Part shown: in pieces, positions 39,143 through 53,147 of the stretch
Layout: every line of letters starts with the position of its first letter
Numbering within the stretch: the stretch's first letter is position 1
Assembly (NCBI RefSeq): GCF_006345805.1
Contig: NC_043013.1
Coordinates: 52,328,001-52,392,000, forward strand
Length of the DNA stretch: 64,000 nt
Reading direction: 5' to 3'
Source: Octopus sinensis
Taxonomy: Eukaryota
Program-made: the position numbers and the translations under genes
Notes under the pieces: model-generated
The model's input: only the letters and a program-made list of their open reading frames with translations
Databases searched by the model: none
Told to the model about the DNA's origin: nothing

Positions 39143-39217
39143 CCAAAGGAAAAAAAACTAGGACGAGGTAGAAAGCAGGTTGTATCAGATTTGATGCTCA
39201 GGAAAAATGGAATGTGC

Positions 39218-39255
<38 letters not shown>

Positions 39256-40084
39256 ATTATGATGTATTATATATGTGTGTGTGTGTGTATAAACACATAC
39301 GCACACACATGTATATATAATATACGTATATAAACTTTTGCGCGCACACACATACACACACACACACGACTCTAACGTTCGTAGAAAATTTTCAACTCAC
39401 AGACCTAAGCCTATGTTTCCAAAATGTTTCAAAATTGAGCATTTTATTGAAAAAACTGCGCAGTGCCGCCGTACATGGTGCATTATAAAAATTGGGCCTC
39501 TGAAAAAGGGGACGAGAACTGGTTGCTCGTAGGGCAGGGACCAAATAATGATGGTCAATATATTCAAGGTTTCCATTTGATCTTTCTCTCTCTCGCTCTC
39601 TCTCTCACTATATATATATATATATATGTGTATATATACACATATATATATTATTCTTTTATTCTTTTATTGTTTCAGTTATTTGACTGCGGCCATGCGG
39701 GAGCATCGCCTTTAAAGGGTGTTAGTCGAAGCAATCGACCCCAGGATTTATTCTTTGTAAGCTTAGGACTTATTCTGTCAGACATTTTTGCCAAACTAAG
39801 TTACGGGGATATAAACACACCGGCTTCGGGTTGTCAAGCGATGGGGGGGGGGCACAAACACAGACACACACATACAAACACACACACAGATACACAGACA
39901 CACACAGACACATACAGACACACACATACACAGACACACACACGCACATATATAATAGAAGACATTTGTCCAAGGTGCCACGGTAGTGGGACTGAACTCG
40001 GAACTATTTGGTTGGGACGCAAGCTTCTTACCACACAGTCACTCTTGATCAACAACAACAGCAACAACGACAAGGATATATATA

Positions 40085-41808
40085 CACCGTGTTTTCTCGA
40101 AAATAAAGCCTACTCCGAAAATAAGCCCTACCATGATTTTCCAGGATGTCTTTAATGTAAGCCCAATCCCGAAAATAAGACCTAGTCAAAAATGCATCGG
40201 CTTGTTAGCAAGACCATGTGATGTTTGCAAAACAAACCAAGTACCTCAGCTTGGCTAAAGTCTGCACTAAGTGCGCATGCTCGGAGCTGACTCCCTTGGC
40301 CTGACTCCCTTGTCCCCCAGGAATGATGAGTGCAAAAAGAAAGAGTTATTCCGTGGAGTACAAGAAAGGAATTGTGGAAGAGTCACATAAGAAGAATCTT
40401 TCAGCTTTCTGTAAGGAGAAGATGTTGGATCTCTGAATGGTTCGAAAATGGCGAGCAGAGTATGATAATCTCAGCAGACAGGTGGATGAGGGAGTTGCTA
40501 AGGAACGCAAGCGTGGATCAGGTCGACAACCGTTATTTTCGGAGCTGGAAGATATCACCTGAGGATGGGTTGCTAACAGAAGAACCGATTGCTAACAGAA
40601 GAACAAAGGCTTTGGTTGTTTGCAGGGTTGATATTCAAGAATTTGCCCTTGCAATGACACCACAGATGGATATACCCTCGGAAATATTCAAAGCATCACC
40701 TCATTGGTTGGACACCTTCTTTCGGCTATGTGAGCTCTCTCTAAGAAGATCGAGAACACTGTTCAAGTTGGAGGATGCTGAAGCGATTCAACGTGCTCTT
40801 GCATTCAAGTCCTTCGTTGATGGCATCGACTTTTCTAAATACAATCTCTCCCCATATAATTGCTATGGATGAGACTTCAGTATTTATGGGCCAAGAATCC
40901 AAAACAACAATTGAACAGACAGGTGCCTCGTCAATCTACGTTGCTTCAGCGGGTTACGTAAGTTCAAGAGTTACTTGTATTTTAGCAATTCGTCTTGATG
41001 GAATAAAAGTTCCACCGCTTATCATCACAAAGGGCAAAAATGAGAAAATAGAACGAGTTTGAGTATTTATGTCCTTGAAACGGAAAAGGCTTGGTGTACA
41101 CAAGCTGTTATGAGGAAATGGGTTGACTTAACTATGCTACTTGTTTTACGTGGTTCTCAAAGAGGTCTTTTAGTCTGGGATTCGGTCAGTATTCATCGCG
41201 CAAAAGATATGAAAACTTTCCTTTCTGATTCCCGTAGGAATGACTTGATATTTACAAACTTTAGATCTTGTAATGAACGAGCCCTTCAAGTATTATTTGC
41301 GGATGGAAGTGAATGAATATATCGAACATCGAATGGAATGAAATCTGCAAAGAAATTTTGTCAAATCCAGCCTCTAAGAAGTCGTGAATTGGGTGAAGAA
41401 TTCATGGAATAAAAGTACCGACAGTTGCATTGCCGATGCACTACATGCAGGGTGCTTGGACAAAAAGTGTTCATTTAAGGAGAGTGATATTGCCAAACAT
41501 GAGAGACTGAGGTCCATGATTCTACAGGAAATGGATTTGTATGAAATTCAGTTTATTTATGACCATGCTCCGGAAGAGGACGAAATGTTTGTACTTGACT
41601 AAAAACAAGAAGCAAATAAACTTATGATAACGAAAAACACGGGCTTCCTTTTTACAATTTTCTTCCTTTTACACAAGGACATGAGACTTTTTTGTCTTTC
41701 TTGTATTTTTTCCGCAAAAATATAAGACATCCCCCGAAAATAAGCCCTAGTACGTTTTTTGGATGCAAAATAAATATAAGACCGGGTTTTATTTTCGGAG
41801 AAACAGTG
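40085..41808 (+). mobile_element. Full-length decayed pogo/Tigger-family DNA transposon
   Basis: Imperfect TIRs (CACCGTGTTTTCTCGAAAATAA / TTATTTTCGGAGAAACAGTG), TA flanks and subterminal CCGAAAATAAG repeats. Fragmented HTH/CENP-B and DDE_1 motifs (IIAMDET, RVTCILAI..DG.KVPPLII.KGK, LLVWDS..IH). Confidence 0.88.
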
Positions 41809-41881
41809 TATATATATTTCGTTTTTTGATTTGGTTTGCGAGATTCTTTATATGAGTTCGTGTATTGAAGCATATTCTGTT

Positions 41882-42060
41882 GTGTCTGGGGAGAGTCATT
41901 TTCTTTTAGTGCCTTATTATTTAACAATAGTCAAGACTATTGAAAAGGTTGCAAGACGCAACGAAAATTTTAGAAAATAAAAATAAGAAATAAGTGGAAA
42001 TTTTACCGGTGAGTGTGTTACATTATAAGGCACAAAAAGAAAATGACTCTCCCCAGACAC
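41882..42060. mobile_element. Foldback MITE with 25-bp perfect IR
   Basis: GTGTCTGGGGAGAGTCATTTTCTTT / AAAGAAAATGACTCTCCCCAGACAC. A related copy lies at 36138-36268 in inverted orientation. Confidence 0.75.
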
Positions 42061-42158
42061 CAAAACGTAGAGTAGATGAAACCATGGCGACTGAAGAAGG
42101 GTTTTTTTCCTTGTGTTATATATTCATGTAGAGGTAGGTACGTACATATATGTATATA

Positions 42159-43438
42159 CGAGGGACGTTCAATAAGTAATGCCTCTGACCCACTTGCAGT
42201 TGTTTGATCTAGCTGAAATTTTGCATGTGCAATCATTTATATCTCTATAGAGTAAGTGGCAAATTACAGCTCTGAGCTAATTGTGGTTTCTGATTTACAG
42301 GAGTTTGAACCGAGTCAAGTGTGAAGTGGAGCCTGTTGAGTGTCGAGCAGTGATCCGGTTTTTGTATTTGAAAGGACGCACACCACGGGAGACTTTTGAT
42401 GAAATGAAAGTAACTTATGGTGATGATGCCCCATCATATGACCTGGCATCGTGAGTTCAAACATAGTCGGAACTCTGTGGAAACAGCTCCCAGATCTGGT
42501 CGCCCCCTTCTGCCATTGATGAGGCATCTGTCCGTCAAGTTGAGGCTGCCATTTTGGAAGATCGACGCATAATTATTCGCCAAATAGCCCATGAGGTCAA
42601 GATTAGTACCGGGTCTGTGGAAACAATCATTCATTACCATTTGCATATGCAAAAGGTGTCTGCCAGATGGATTCCCAGGTTGCTCATGCCTTTCCAGAAG
42701 CAAGAACGCGTCGAGTGCTCGAGGGTGAATTTGGAGATGTGCCAAGAAGATGAGTCAACATTTTTCAAAAGACTGATTACACAGGATGAAACCTGGGTCC
42801 ATCACGATGATCCAGAGACCAAAGCCCAGTCAATGCAGTGGAAGCACCGTGACTCACCCCCTCCAAAGAAGGCAAGGGTGCAGCCTTCCGCTGGCAAGGT
42901 CATGCTCACAGTCTTCTGGGACCAGGACGGAGTAGTGATGACAGATTTCCTGGCAAAGGGTACCACAATTGCAGGAGCCTATTATGCTTCACTTTTGAGG
43001 AAATTAAGAGAAGTTATCAAAATCAAGAGGCGGGGCAAGATCTGCAAAGGCATCCTCCTCCTGCAGGACAACGTTCCGGTCCACAACTCGCTTGTCGCCA
43101 GATCAGAAGCACAGGCGTATGGCTATGAACTCCTCCCCATCCCCCCTACTTTCCTGACCTTGCACCCTCTGATTTTCACCTCTTCCCAATCATGAAATTG
43201 TTTTTGAAAGGAAAGCGTTTCCCAGATGATGCAGCCTTGATTTCTGAAGTCACGTTGAGGTTGGAGGACCAAGCTGGGTTCTTCTACAAAAACGGTCTCC
43301 AGAGCCGCATCAAACGATGGGAGAAATGCGTAACTCTGGGTAGTTCCTATGTAGAAAAAGACTAATAACTGTGCCAAGTTTCGTTGGTCTACTGCTATGG
43401 GAAGTGGGTCAGGGGCATTACTTATTGAACGCCCCTCG
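42159..43438 (+). mobile_element. Full-length (1280 bp) frameshifted mariner transposon
   Basis: TIR CGAGGGACGTTCAATAAGTAATGCC / GGCATTACTTATTGAACGCCCCTCG with TA TSD. Motifs WIPRLL, LITQDETWVH, KVMLTVFWD, LLQDNVPVH and a frameshifted P-Y-x-PDLAPSDF. Confidence 0.93.
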
Positions 43439-43461
43439 TATATGCATATGTTTTATTTATA

Positions 43462-43552
<91 letters not shown>

Positions 43553-43613
43553 AAGAACAGAAAAAAGAGATTGTGATGCTAATATGTGCTTATTATCAGC
43601 AACAAATTTAGCA

Positions 43614-43680
<67 letters not shown>

Positions 43681-43684
43681 GTAC

Positions 43685-43735
<51 letters not shown>

Positions 43736-44185
43736 TTGGGTCGCACCGATTTTAAATATTTTTGAAGTCGTTCTAAGCTGCAACCGATAAAATTATGAGC
43801 AGGGGAGCGAACCCCTACCACCAGTATACGAGTCCTGGTTTCGGGCTATTTCTGCCACTCCTCAATACTGGACACCTCGTCTGCTAGAGATGATAGCAGA
43901 TCGCAATTTTATCGACTGCAGCTGTGCATCGTTAACCATCTAGAGGAGATGTCCTCTTGGGGTTAAAAAATCGCAGTAGAGTCCGCTCGAGCGGACAGCC
44001 ATTTTAAAGTTGCTACGAATATTACCTGTCAATACAACTACTGCGTTGATCTCTGAGAGATTTTATTACCAGAATTTTTGCTTATATGCAAAACCATATG
44101 CACTTATGTGTAAATGGTGCTATTAAGTTAGACATGGCCTGGGCCAATAATGGCCGAAACCTATCAAAGTATCAAAGTATATATA

Positions 44186-44259
<74 letters not shown>

Positions 44260-44387
44260 GTATATATATATATATATGTATATATATATGTATATATTGA
44301 GCGTGTGCATTATACATAAACATCTCAGATTTCGTCATTGTGGCCAATATTTGTGTATATATATTGTTCTTCTGGCTGATAAAGAAA

Positions 44388-44428
<41 letters not shown>

Positions 44429-44659
44429 AACAACAACAACAACAACAACAACTACTACTACTACTGCTTCTGCTGCTACTACTAATTATTATTATTATTG
44501 TTAATATTATTGTTATTATTATTATTATTACTATCATCATCATCATCGTTATAATTACTATTATTATTATGAACATTATGTATATGTATGTGCGTGTGTG
44601 TGTGTGCGTGTGTGTGTGAGTGTGCGTGCTTGCATGTGTATGCGTATCCATGGTTTTGG

Positions 44660-45030
44660 TGCAACCGGAAACGGATACAAAAGTAGTGGACGTGGAAGGT
44701 TCTAGAAACGTATTTTTGCTGCCTCTGACATGCTACCGCCCTCTAGCGACAGCGTTGCTACTTCCGCTTGTATTTCATTCTTCATCTTTATTTTCCGATG
44801 GTCAAGACTTCTTTGATATATTTTTTTCTGAGATAAAATATTTGCTTCATTTTCGCTGCATTCGTTATATTTTTTTTTATATAATTATTATGATTATTTA
44901 ATTAAGAGATAATAATTATTATATAATTAAAGAATCGTCGCCTTCATCGACGTCATGGTTTTTGTTGTTGGTAATGGAGGACCAAGAAACGAAAATAGAG
45001 GACCCTTAACTTCCGGGTCACGTGTTCAGT
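44660..45030. promoter_or_regulatory. Candidate promoter-like segment (ETS and E-box motifs)
   Basis: CCGGAA (44665), CTTCCG (44761) and ACTTCCGGGTCACGTG (45009-45024) in locally CpG-richer unique sequence. No gene assigned. Confidence 0.25.
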
Positions 45031-47315
45031 ATTCGTTGTAGGCGTTGGAACGTGTGTTTTCGAGTCGGTTGTTGGTGTTTGCGTATAAGTGTGTGTATGT
45101 GTTTGTGTGCGTGTGTGTGGTGTGTATGTATATGTGTGCTTGAGTGTCAATGTATCTATGAAGACATGTGGAAAGAGAGTGTGTATGTGTATGATTGTGT
45201 GTGAGTGTGTTTACACGTGTATGTATGTTGATCAAAAGACCTTTAACCTTCATATGTCTTCGGGTTTCGTGTATTCTTAATTAATAATAATTGCTATTAG
45301 CTATGAATGTTATTATTGTAGTTGTTAGTACAGCACAGATCCAAATCTATGACGCGGTTTCGCTTCCAGACAGAAACTATTTCACTTCATTTAAAAGTCA
45401 GAAACTTCACGGAAGTTATTTATATAATAGAATTAGTAGTAGTAGTAGTGGTGGTGGTGGTGGTGGTGGTAGTGATGTCTTTTACTTGTTTCAGTTATTA
45501 GACTGCGGCTATGCTGGGGCACCACCCTGAAGGATTTTTAGTCGAATGGATCAACTCCAGTACTTTTTTAAAAACCCGGTACTTCTTCTATTGGTTACTT
45601 TTTCCGAACTGCTAAGTTACGGGGACGTAAGCACACCAGCACCGGTCGTCAAGCGGTGGTGGGGAACAAAGACACGAAGACGCACCCACACACACACGAC
45701 AGGCTTCTTTCAGTTTCCGTCTACAACATCCACCCACAAGGCTTTGATCGACCCATGGCTATAGTAGAAGAGACTTGACCAAGGTACTATGCAGTGAGAC
45801 TGAACCTGGAACCATGTGGTTGGGAAGTAATCTTCTTACCACACAGTCCCAACTACGCCTATACAACACCTTTACATAACTTTAACAAACTTATAATAGT
45901 CTTGTGTAGAATAGAATTAATTACATAACAGTAAAGGCCTTATATTGAAGTTGTCTTACGTAAAATACTTATATAACATTTACAACTTTACATCAGTTTT
46001 CGAAACAACACCATTACATAACATTAACAGCTTTATCTTAAAGTACTTTTGTCTACAATGTCATTGCATAACGTTTACAGTTTTAGATTAATTTAACATT
46101 AGGTTCCTTAAAATCAGCAAAGAAATCTTGCAAGAAAACGGCGAAAACAATAACAAAGAATTTTCTAACGTAGAAGCAATTTCCTCACAAGTATTCCCAA
46201 AATTTATTCCAAGAATTACTGGTCTGTCTACTTTCTTATCATGAGTATAAAATATTTATTGTAGGTGCTAATGTAGGTGTCGAGTTTTACAATTCTGTAA
46301 ATAATAATAATGGTATTTTTTTATAAGCTTAAAGCAATCACCGTGCAAATAACTATGGAAAATAATCTTATAATGGGGCATGTATTGTAGATATTTCAAA
46401 GGGACGATTGGCCATGGGATTGCACCTAGAAAATTACCCTCCGAGGCACAAGTCCAGGCAAGGTTGTTTATGGAAGACCAGCAGTCACCCATGCATACCA
46501 GCCTCCCCTCTTCACGTCAGTGTTATCCAAGGGAAAGGCAAAGGGGCCGATACAGCTTGGCACCAGTGACATCGCAACTCATTTCTACAATTGAGTGAAC
46601 TGGAGCAATGTGAAATTAAGTGTCTTGCTCAAGAACACGACATGCAGCCCGGTCTGGGAATCGAACTCACAACCTCACGATTGTAAGTTCGACGCTCTGA
46701 CCACTGAGCCATGCACCTTCACTTCAAAGCGACATTTCTAGATAATTTAGTAAAGAACGTGATTATATTTCCCTTCCTGTTTTTGTTTTGTTAGAGACAA
46801 TATCAATGCAATCCATTTCGTAGTGGTCTATGTTATGCTTCATGAAAAGTCGTCTCGACGTTTTCTGCCCAAAATGTCGGATAAAACAAGCTGCTTTCTT
46901 TACACAGGACACACTATGTATAGTGTGATGGTGTATCTCAGACAACGTGGTTGGACTTTTAGTAGGATTGGTCGGGAAGAAGATGAGAGAAAATAGAATA
47001 AAATAAAATGAAGGGATAGTTCGGTTGGTAAATAGAAGGCAAGAATGTTTACCCTAAATAGGGTGTGTGACCTGTTGTGAGCCAGGTTGCAGGATGTTAT
47101 AATTAATTAAGTGAGCACTTTCGAATCGATGAATCTTTATCAGACATTTTTAATCCTTATTTTCCCGCTCCTCTTGCTGGTAGTTAGTTTATCGCTATTT
47201 CATAATTAAAAATCCTGGAAGCAGTCTTCTTGACATAAGATGAAATATAGTGCCTTCTTCAGACAGGAGAACATTTATGATTCCCTTTAGACAATATCTA
47301 TCTATCTATCTATCA

Positions 47316-47374
<59 letters not shown>

Positions 47375-47401
47375 TTATCAATCTATCCATCTATCTATCT
47401 A

Positions 47402-47502
<101 letters not shown>

Positions 47503-47505
47503 AAG

Positions 47506-47787
47506 AAAAAGTCAAGGTAGAAAATGCTAAAATATTTTTATAAAAAGAAAACACTTCAGTACTCGAACCCTCAAGAGTAAACAAGAGAGACAGAAATAGG
47601 CAGAAACAAGGAAAATGTCCCTTGTATTTGAATACTTTGCAAATATTCTTTTAAAAAAACTTTTCTTTTAATTTTCCCAGAATTTAATTGTTTTCTATAA
47701 TTACAGTTGAAAAAGTCTGAATGACTGAAACCGGTACTGAAATGTTTTTTATAAAATTATTTTAGCATTTTCTACCTTGACTTTTTT
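47506..47787. mobile_element. MITE-like element with ~55-bp TIRs next to (TA)n
   Basis: AAAAAGTCAAGGTAGAAAATGCTAAAATA...TTCAGTAC at the left and its reverse complement at 47733-47787. Confidence 0.75.
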
Positions 47788-47859
47788 CCACGTATATATC
47801 AACTCATGTGTTCCTTTTCAACCTTCTACACACACACATTCACACACGCACACCACACA

Positions 47860-47906
<47 letters not shown>

Positions 47907-50072
47907 CTTTTATTCTCTTACTTGTTTCAATCATTTGACTGTGGCCATACTGGAGCACTGCCTTGAAGAGTTGTAGTCAAACAAATCGACCCCAAGATTT
48001 CTTTTTAAAGCATAGTACTTATTCTATCAGTCTTCTCTGTTGAACCGCCAGGTCACAGGGACGTAAACACACCAACACTGGTTGTCAAATGGTGATGGAC
48101 TGACAAACATAAACACACACACATACACATGTACATACCTACATATCCACATACATATATGCATACATGCATATATACGACGAGGGCTTCTTTCAATTTC
48201 CGTCAACTAAATTCACCCACAAGACTTTAGTCGGCCCGAGGCTGTAGTAGAAGACACTTGCCCAAGGTGTCACGCAGTGGGACTGAACCCGGAACCTTGT
48301 GGGTGGGAAGCAAACTTCTTACTCCTGCGCCTATCCAAAAATGTTTGCGAAACACAAAGTGTCCTAATGAGATTATGTATACGACGGACGACCACGACTA
48401 CCTCCAATACGATTACTACTACTACCACCACCACCACCACCACCACCACCAGTTTTACCACAAGTTAGTAAAACTGCAGAATCGCTAAATGTGTTGGACA
48501 AAACGGTTTTACCGTATTTATTTCGACTTCCTGCACACGGAGTTCAAATCCTGCAGAAGCGACCATTTACGCCGCCGCCGCCGATGACGACGACGAGGAC
48601 GACCAAGCAACCACCACCACCACCACAGCCCCCTCCCCCATCTCTCCCCCAGCCCCCTCCCCCATCTCTCCCCCCCGCACCCTGTATCATTAAGTGGTCA
48701 TTAAAGACCATCTTTCACGTGAGAGATCATTCATCTTCACACATGACAGACAACAGCAACAAGGGGAGAAGGAAGAGGAGGAAGCTGAATACAAAACAGC
48801 TCTCTGTACATTGCTACCACCCTTATGTCACTGTAGTAGTAGTAGTAGTAGTAGTAGTGGGGGGCGTGGGGTAACCTTGGGCGACTTACTGCTACTTCTG
48901 GTGACAATAAGTAGCTCCACGGGGTGGGGTGGCGATGGCTGTAGTGGATGTTGCTATTGTGGTGGTGGTGGGGGTAGTAGTGGTTCCCGTGGTGGTTGTT
49001 ATAGTGGTGTTGGTTGTAGCAGACGTTGTGGGGAGGGGGTTGATGGTGGTGGTTGTGATTGTGATCTGGTGTTCCTTGTTAGAAATGTTGTTGTTGTTGT
49101 TGTAGCAGTTGGTGGTGGTGTGGCGATGTAGTACGGAGTAGTATAGTGGTGATGGTGGTGGTGGTGGTGGTGGTCGTAGTGGCGGAGTGTCCACAGGGTG
49201 TGGTGGCGGCGTTGGGGGGTGGGTCTTTGTGTCAATATGGCGAGGTGTCGTAGTTAAGTATTGGGACGCGGCCTGGAAAGTGCTCGAGTCCTGTGTAAAC
49301 GTTTATCACACACACACACACACCAAACACACACACACACCAAACACACACACACACGCACAAACACACATACCAAAGACACACACACGCACGCACAAAC
49401 ACACACACACGCACACATATATACATGGCTGGCCAAATCCATATCAATCCTTAGACATATTCAGGCAAATGTACAAATATGCTTAAGTACGCGCGCACAC
49501 ACACAGACACACAGACATACAACATACACACGCACACACACACACAGACATTCATGCTTACACGCATACATACAGACACATAGACACCCACATCGAGATA
49601 ATCAGACTTATCTTGTCCTTCCCTCCACCATTCAATAGTTTACACAGCAACACCACCACCAACACTACTACTGCTACCATCACCACTACCACCGCTGCCA
49701 TCAACACTACCTTTAGCGCCGTCATAACCACGACCACCACCAACGATGGAGTCTCTATGTGACCAGTTAGATATAGTAGCTAGCTGTCTCTTGGGTTAAA
49801 ACGAAAATGAAAGTAATAGAATATGATATTGCTGTAGATTCTATATACACCACCTCTTTCATATTTTACGAATAAATATAGATACCGTGTTCTACATCCA
49901 TATATCTAATAAGCTTATTGTGTTGCGGTGAAGGGAAGTCTCAGGGATGAACTGCAGGGATTTGGGTTGTTGAGATGAAGGGGAACTGGATTGATTAATA
50001 TAGTCTTAAAACTCATCAGGGATCACTTAGGTCTGATTTACTGGAACCGGATGTTAACCTGCGGTTAAACAT

Positions 50073-50133
<61 letters not shown>

Positions 50134-51349
50134 ACCAACAGCAGCCGTTCAAGAATTTGGACCTGGAGATCTCCATTTCCAGCGACTTCGAGGGCCACCT
50201 CCCAGTAATATCGGGCGTCAACGAAGAGCCCTCGACTACAACAAGACTACTAAAGTTTTTTTTTCCAAGGTCTGAGGTTTCCCGCCCCTAAGCCCTAGAC
50301 CATCACCTAATCACCCTTACCAGTCTTGTTGCTTAACAACAACAACAATCAACAACAACAAAAGCGAAAGGAGGACAAGTCAATGCTAGTGAACCTTTTA
50401 CAGACCCATTTTTCAAGATGGCAATCTGACACAGATATCAGAGTGCTCGGATATAATGCCTTGTGGGTTTTGGTCCGGCTTTCTTCTCTCTGAGTTCACT
50501 TCCCACTGAGATCAGTTATGGGTTTTCATACTTCGGGGTAGATTAGTAAAGTAGCAGTAAAAACTAAGGTCAATCTTCACCTCTGTCTGTCTGTCTGTCT
50601 GTCTGTCACTCTCTCCCTCTCGCCTCTGTGTCTTGAAATCTACAGCATTGAAGAGGTCAAAAGAAAAGGATTCAATTTATGACCACAGCAATTTTTTCAG
50701 CACGGTTTTACCACCAAAATAAATAAATAAATAAACAATTAAATAAATGAATAAATAAATGTAAAACAAACAAAATAACAAAAGAAAAGTTTTCCGTGAT
50801 GCATAGAGAGCAGGGTTGGAGTTATCCCCCATTAACCAAAATCATGGCCTGAATGTTTTCATCAGAATGAATTCTGTTAAAAGCAACGAAAAGTATTAAA
50901 CGACAACGTATTAAGTTCGCCACCCAAGAAAACAAACGATTCTTTCGAACGGGCTTCCATACAGTTTCCGTCAACTAAATTTCATTTGTAAAGCACTGGT
51001 CGGACTGAAGCTATAATAGGGGAGGCACTCACTCGAGAAGCAGTTGATTGGGATCGAACCAAACGAACCGAAACCACAAAGACGCCAACCTAACTTCTCA
51101 CCTGCATAACAATGACCGTGGCCTTGAACTAAAATTGCATAAAGCTTCATTAGAAATTTAGAATAGGGTAGTGATTAGCAAGTTTGTCTGGTGAGCAAGG
51201 TGTACGAGTTTCGATCCCCGGCAGCAGTTTCTTGTAATTTTTTTCTTTTCTATTTTGGTTGACGAATAATTGTTGTTTATGAATGTATATCATTTAATAA
51301 TGTGTACAGAAATAAATAATAATAAAAAAACCTTAGTTATTAATATATA

Positions 51350-51357
51350 ATTTATCG

Positions 51358-51438
<81 letters not shown>

Positions 51439-51602
51439 TGCATGCATGTAAATATGTATGAAATATATATATATATGTATGTATATATATATATATATGT
51501 ATGTATATATATATATATATGTATGTGTATATATATATATATATGTATGTATATATATATGTGTATGTGTATATATATAGTATGTGTATATATATATGTA
51601 TG

Positions 51603-51658
<56 letters not shown>

Positions 51659-52641
51659 ATATATAATATATATATGCATGCACATGCAAAGATATGTATA
51701 TATGTATACATATGTGTGTGTGTGTGGATATCTGTTCACCCACGTTTGATCATATAATTATGCAAAATATATATGTATATTAATTACACACGTACACCTC
51801 TGTGTTCGTGTGTGTATGTGTGTGTGTGTTCCTATTTAAAAAACATATTTATATAATTATGCATATAGCAGCACAAATATATATATATAGTGTTATATAT
51901 ATACATGTATGTATATATGTGTGTGCGTACATGCGTGCTTCTGTGTTTGTAAATGTGTCTATATATATATATATAAATACACATACAAAATGCATACGTA
52001 CATAGATGTATATATACGCATACAGACAAAAGACACATATACGCACATATGTATATGCTCACACAGAGACAAAGGCGTATGTATATATAAGTATGCATGT
52101 ATATTTTTATATATGTGTGTATGTATATATATATATATATATATATGTGTATATATATATATATATTTTTATATATGTATGTATGTATATATATATACAT
52201 ACATATATAATGCACACACATAAACACATATATATATACCTACCTATCTATTAAATTAGATACTCGTTAGCTTTAATGATGTGTACGTGCCACATACCCG
52301 AGGTTACCCCAGGGTAAAAACTGTCACAGTTTAGTGTACTTATGTGAGGAAGCGTGTCTTTTAATGAATGTTATATACACGTGTGTAAGGATGTGTTCGT
52401 TAATGTATGTCGAATGCACGTGTGTCAGCGTCGAGGCTTCTCCATTTTTTTTATATATATACGCGCACACGTGCTGCTACTCACCCGATATTATTTTTTC
52501 TCTTTCGCTCCCTTTCGCTTTTATATTCCTATTATTCTGTAGTTAAACATTCAAACATATATACGTGCATGCCTCCGTGTATACGTGCAAACATACATAC
52601 ATACATACATACATACATACATACATACATACATACATACA

Positions 52642-52675
<34 letters not shown>

Positions 52676-52760
52676 CACACATATATTCATACATACATAT
52701 AAGTGCATACGTTTATATATATGTTATATATATATATTATATATCATGTATATATGGCAG
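51350..52760. repeat. Long compound (TA)/(TG)/(TACA) microsatellite block
   Basis: Seen directly. Confidence 0.95.
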
Positions 52761-53098
52761 AGGAGTGGCTGTGTGGTACGAAGCTTTTCCTCCCAACCAC
52801 ATGGTTCCCGGTTCAGTTCCACTGCGTAGCACCTCAGGCAAGTGTGTTCTATTATAGCCTCGAGCCGACCAAAGCCTTGTGAGTGGATTTGGTAGACGGA
52901 AAGTGAAAGCAGCCCGTTGTATAAAAGTGTAGTATCTGTTATATATCAGCTATATATATATATATATATATATATAAGAATGAATGTTTTTATATATAAT
53001 GAACGTGAAATACAGGAAGGGACGAATACGGAACACAGACAAATCATTCGAAGCCTTCAATCTTCAGTCAGACACCGAATCATCATAGCAAATTTCGG

Positions 53099-53147
<49 letters not shown>

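Noticed and set aside
39463-40155. 230-aa ORF as a gene
   Set aside because: Runs through a microsatellite, SINE pieces and the pogo TIR; no recognisable domain.
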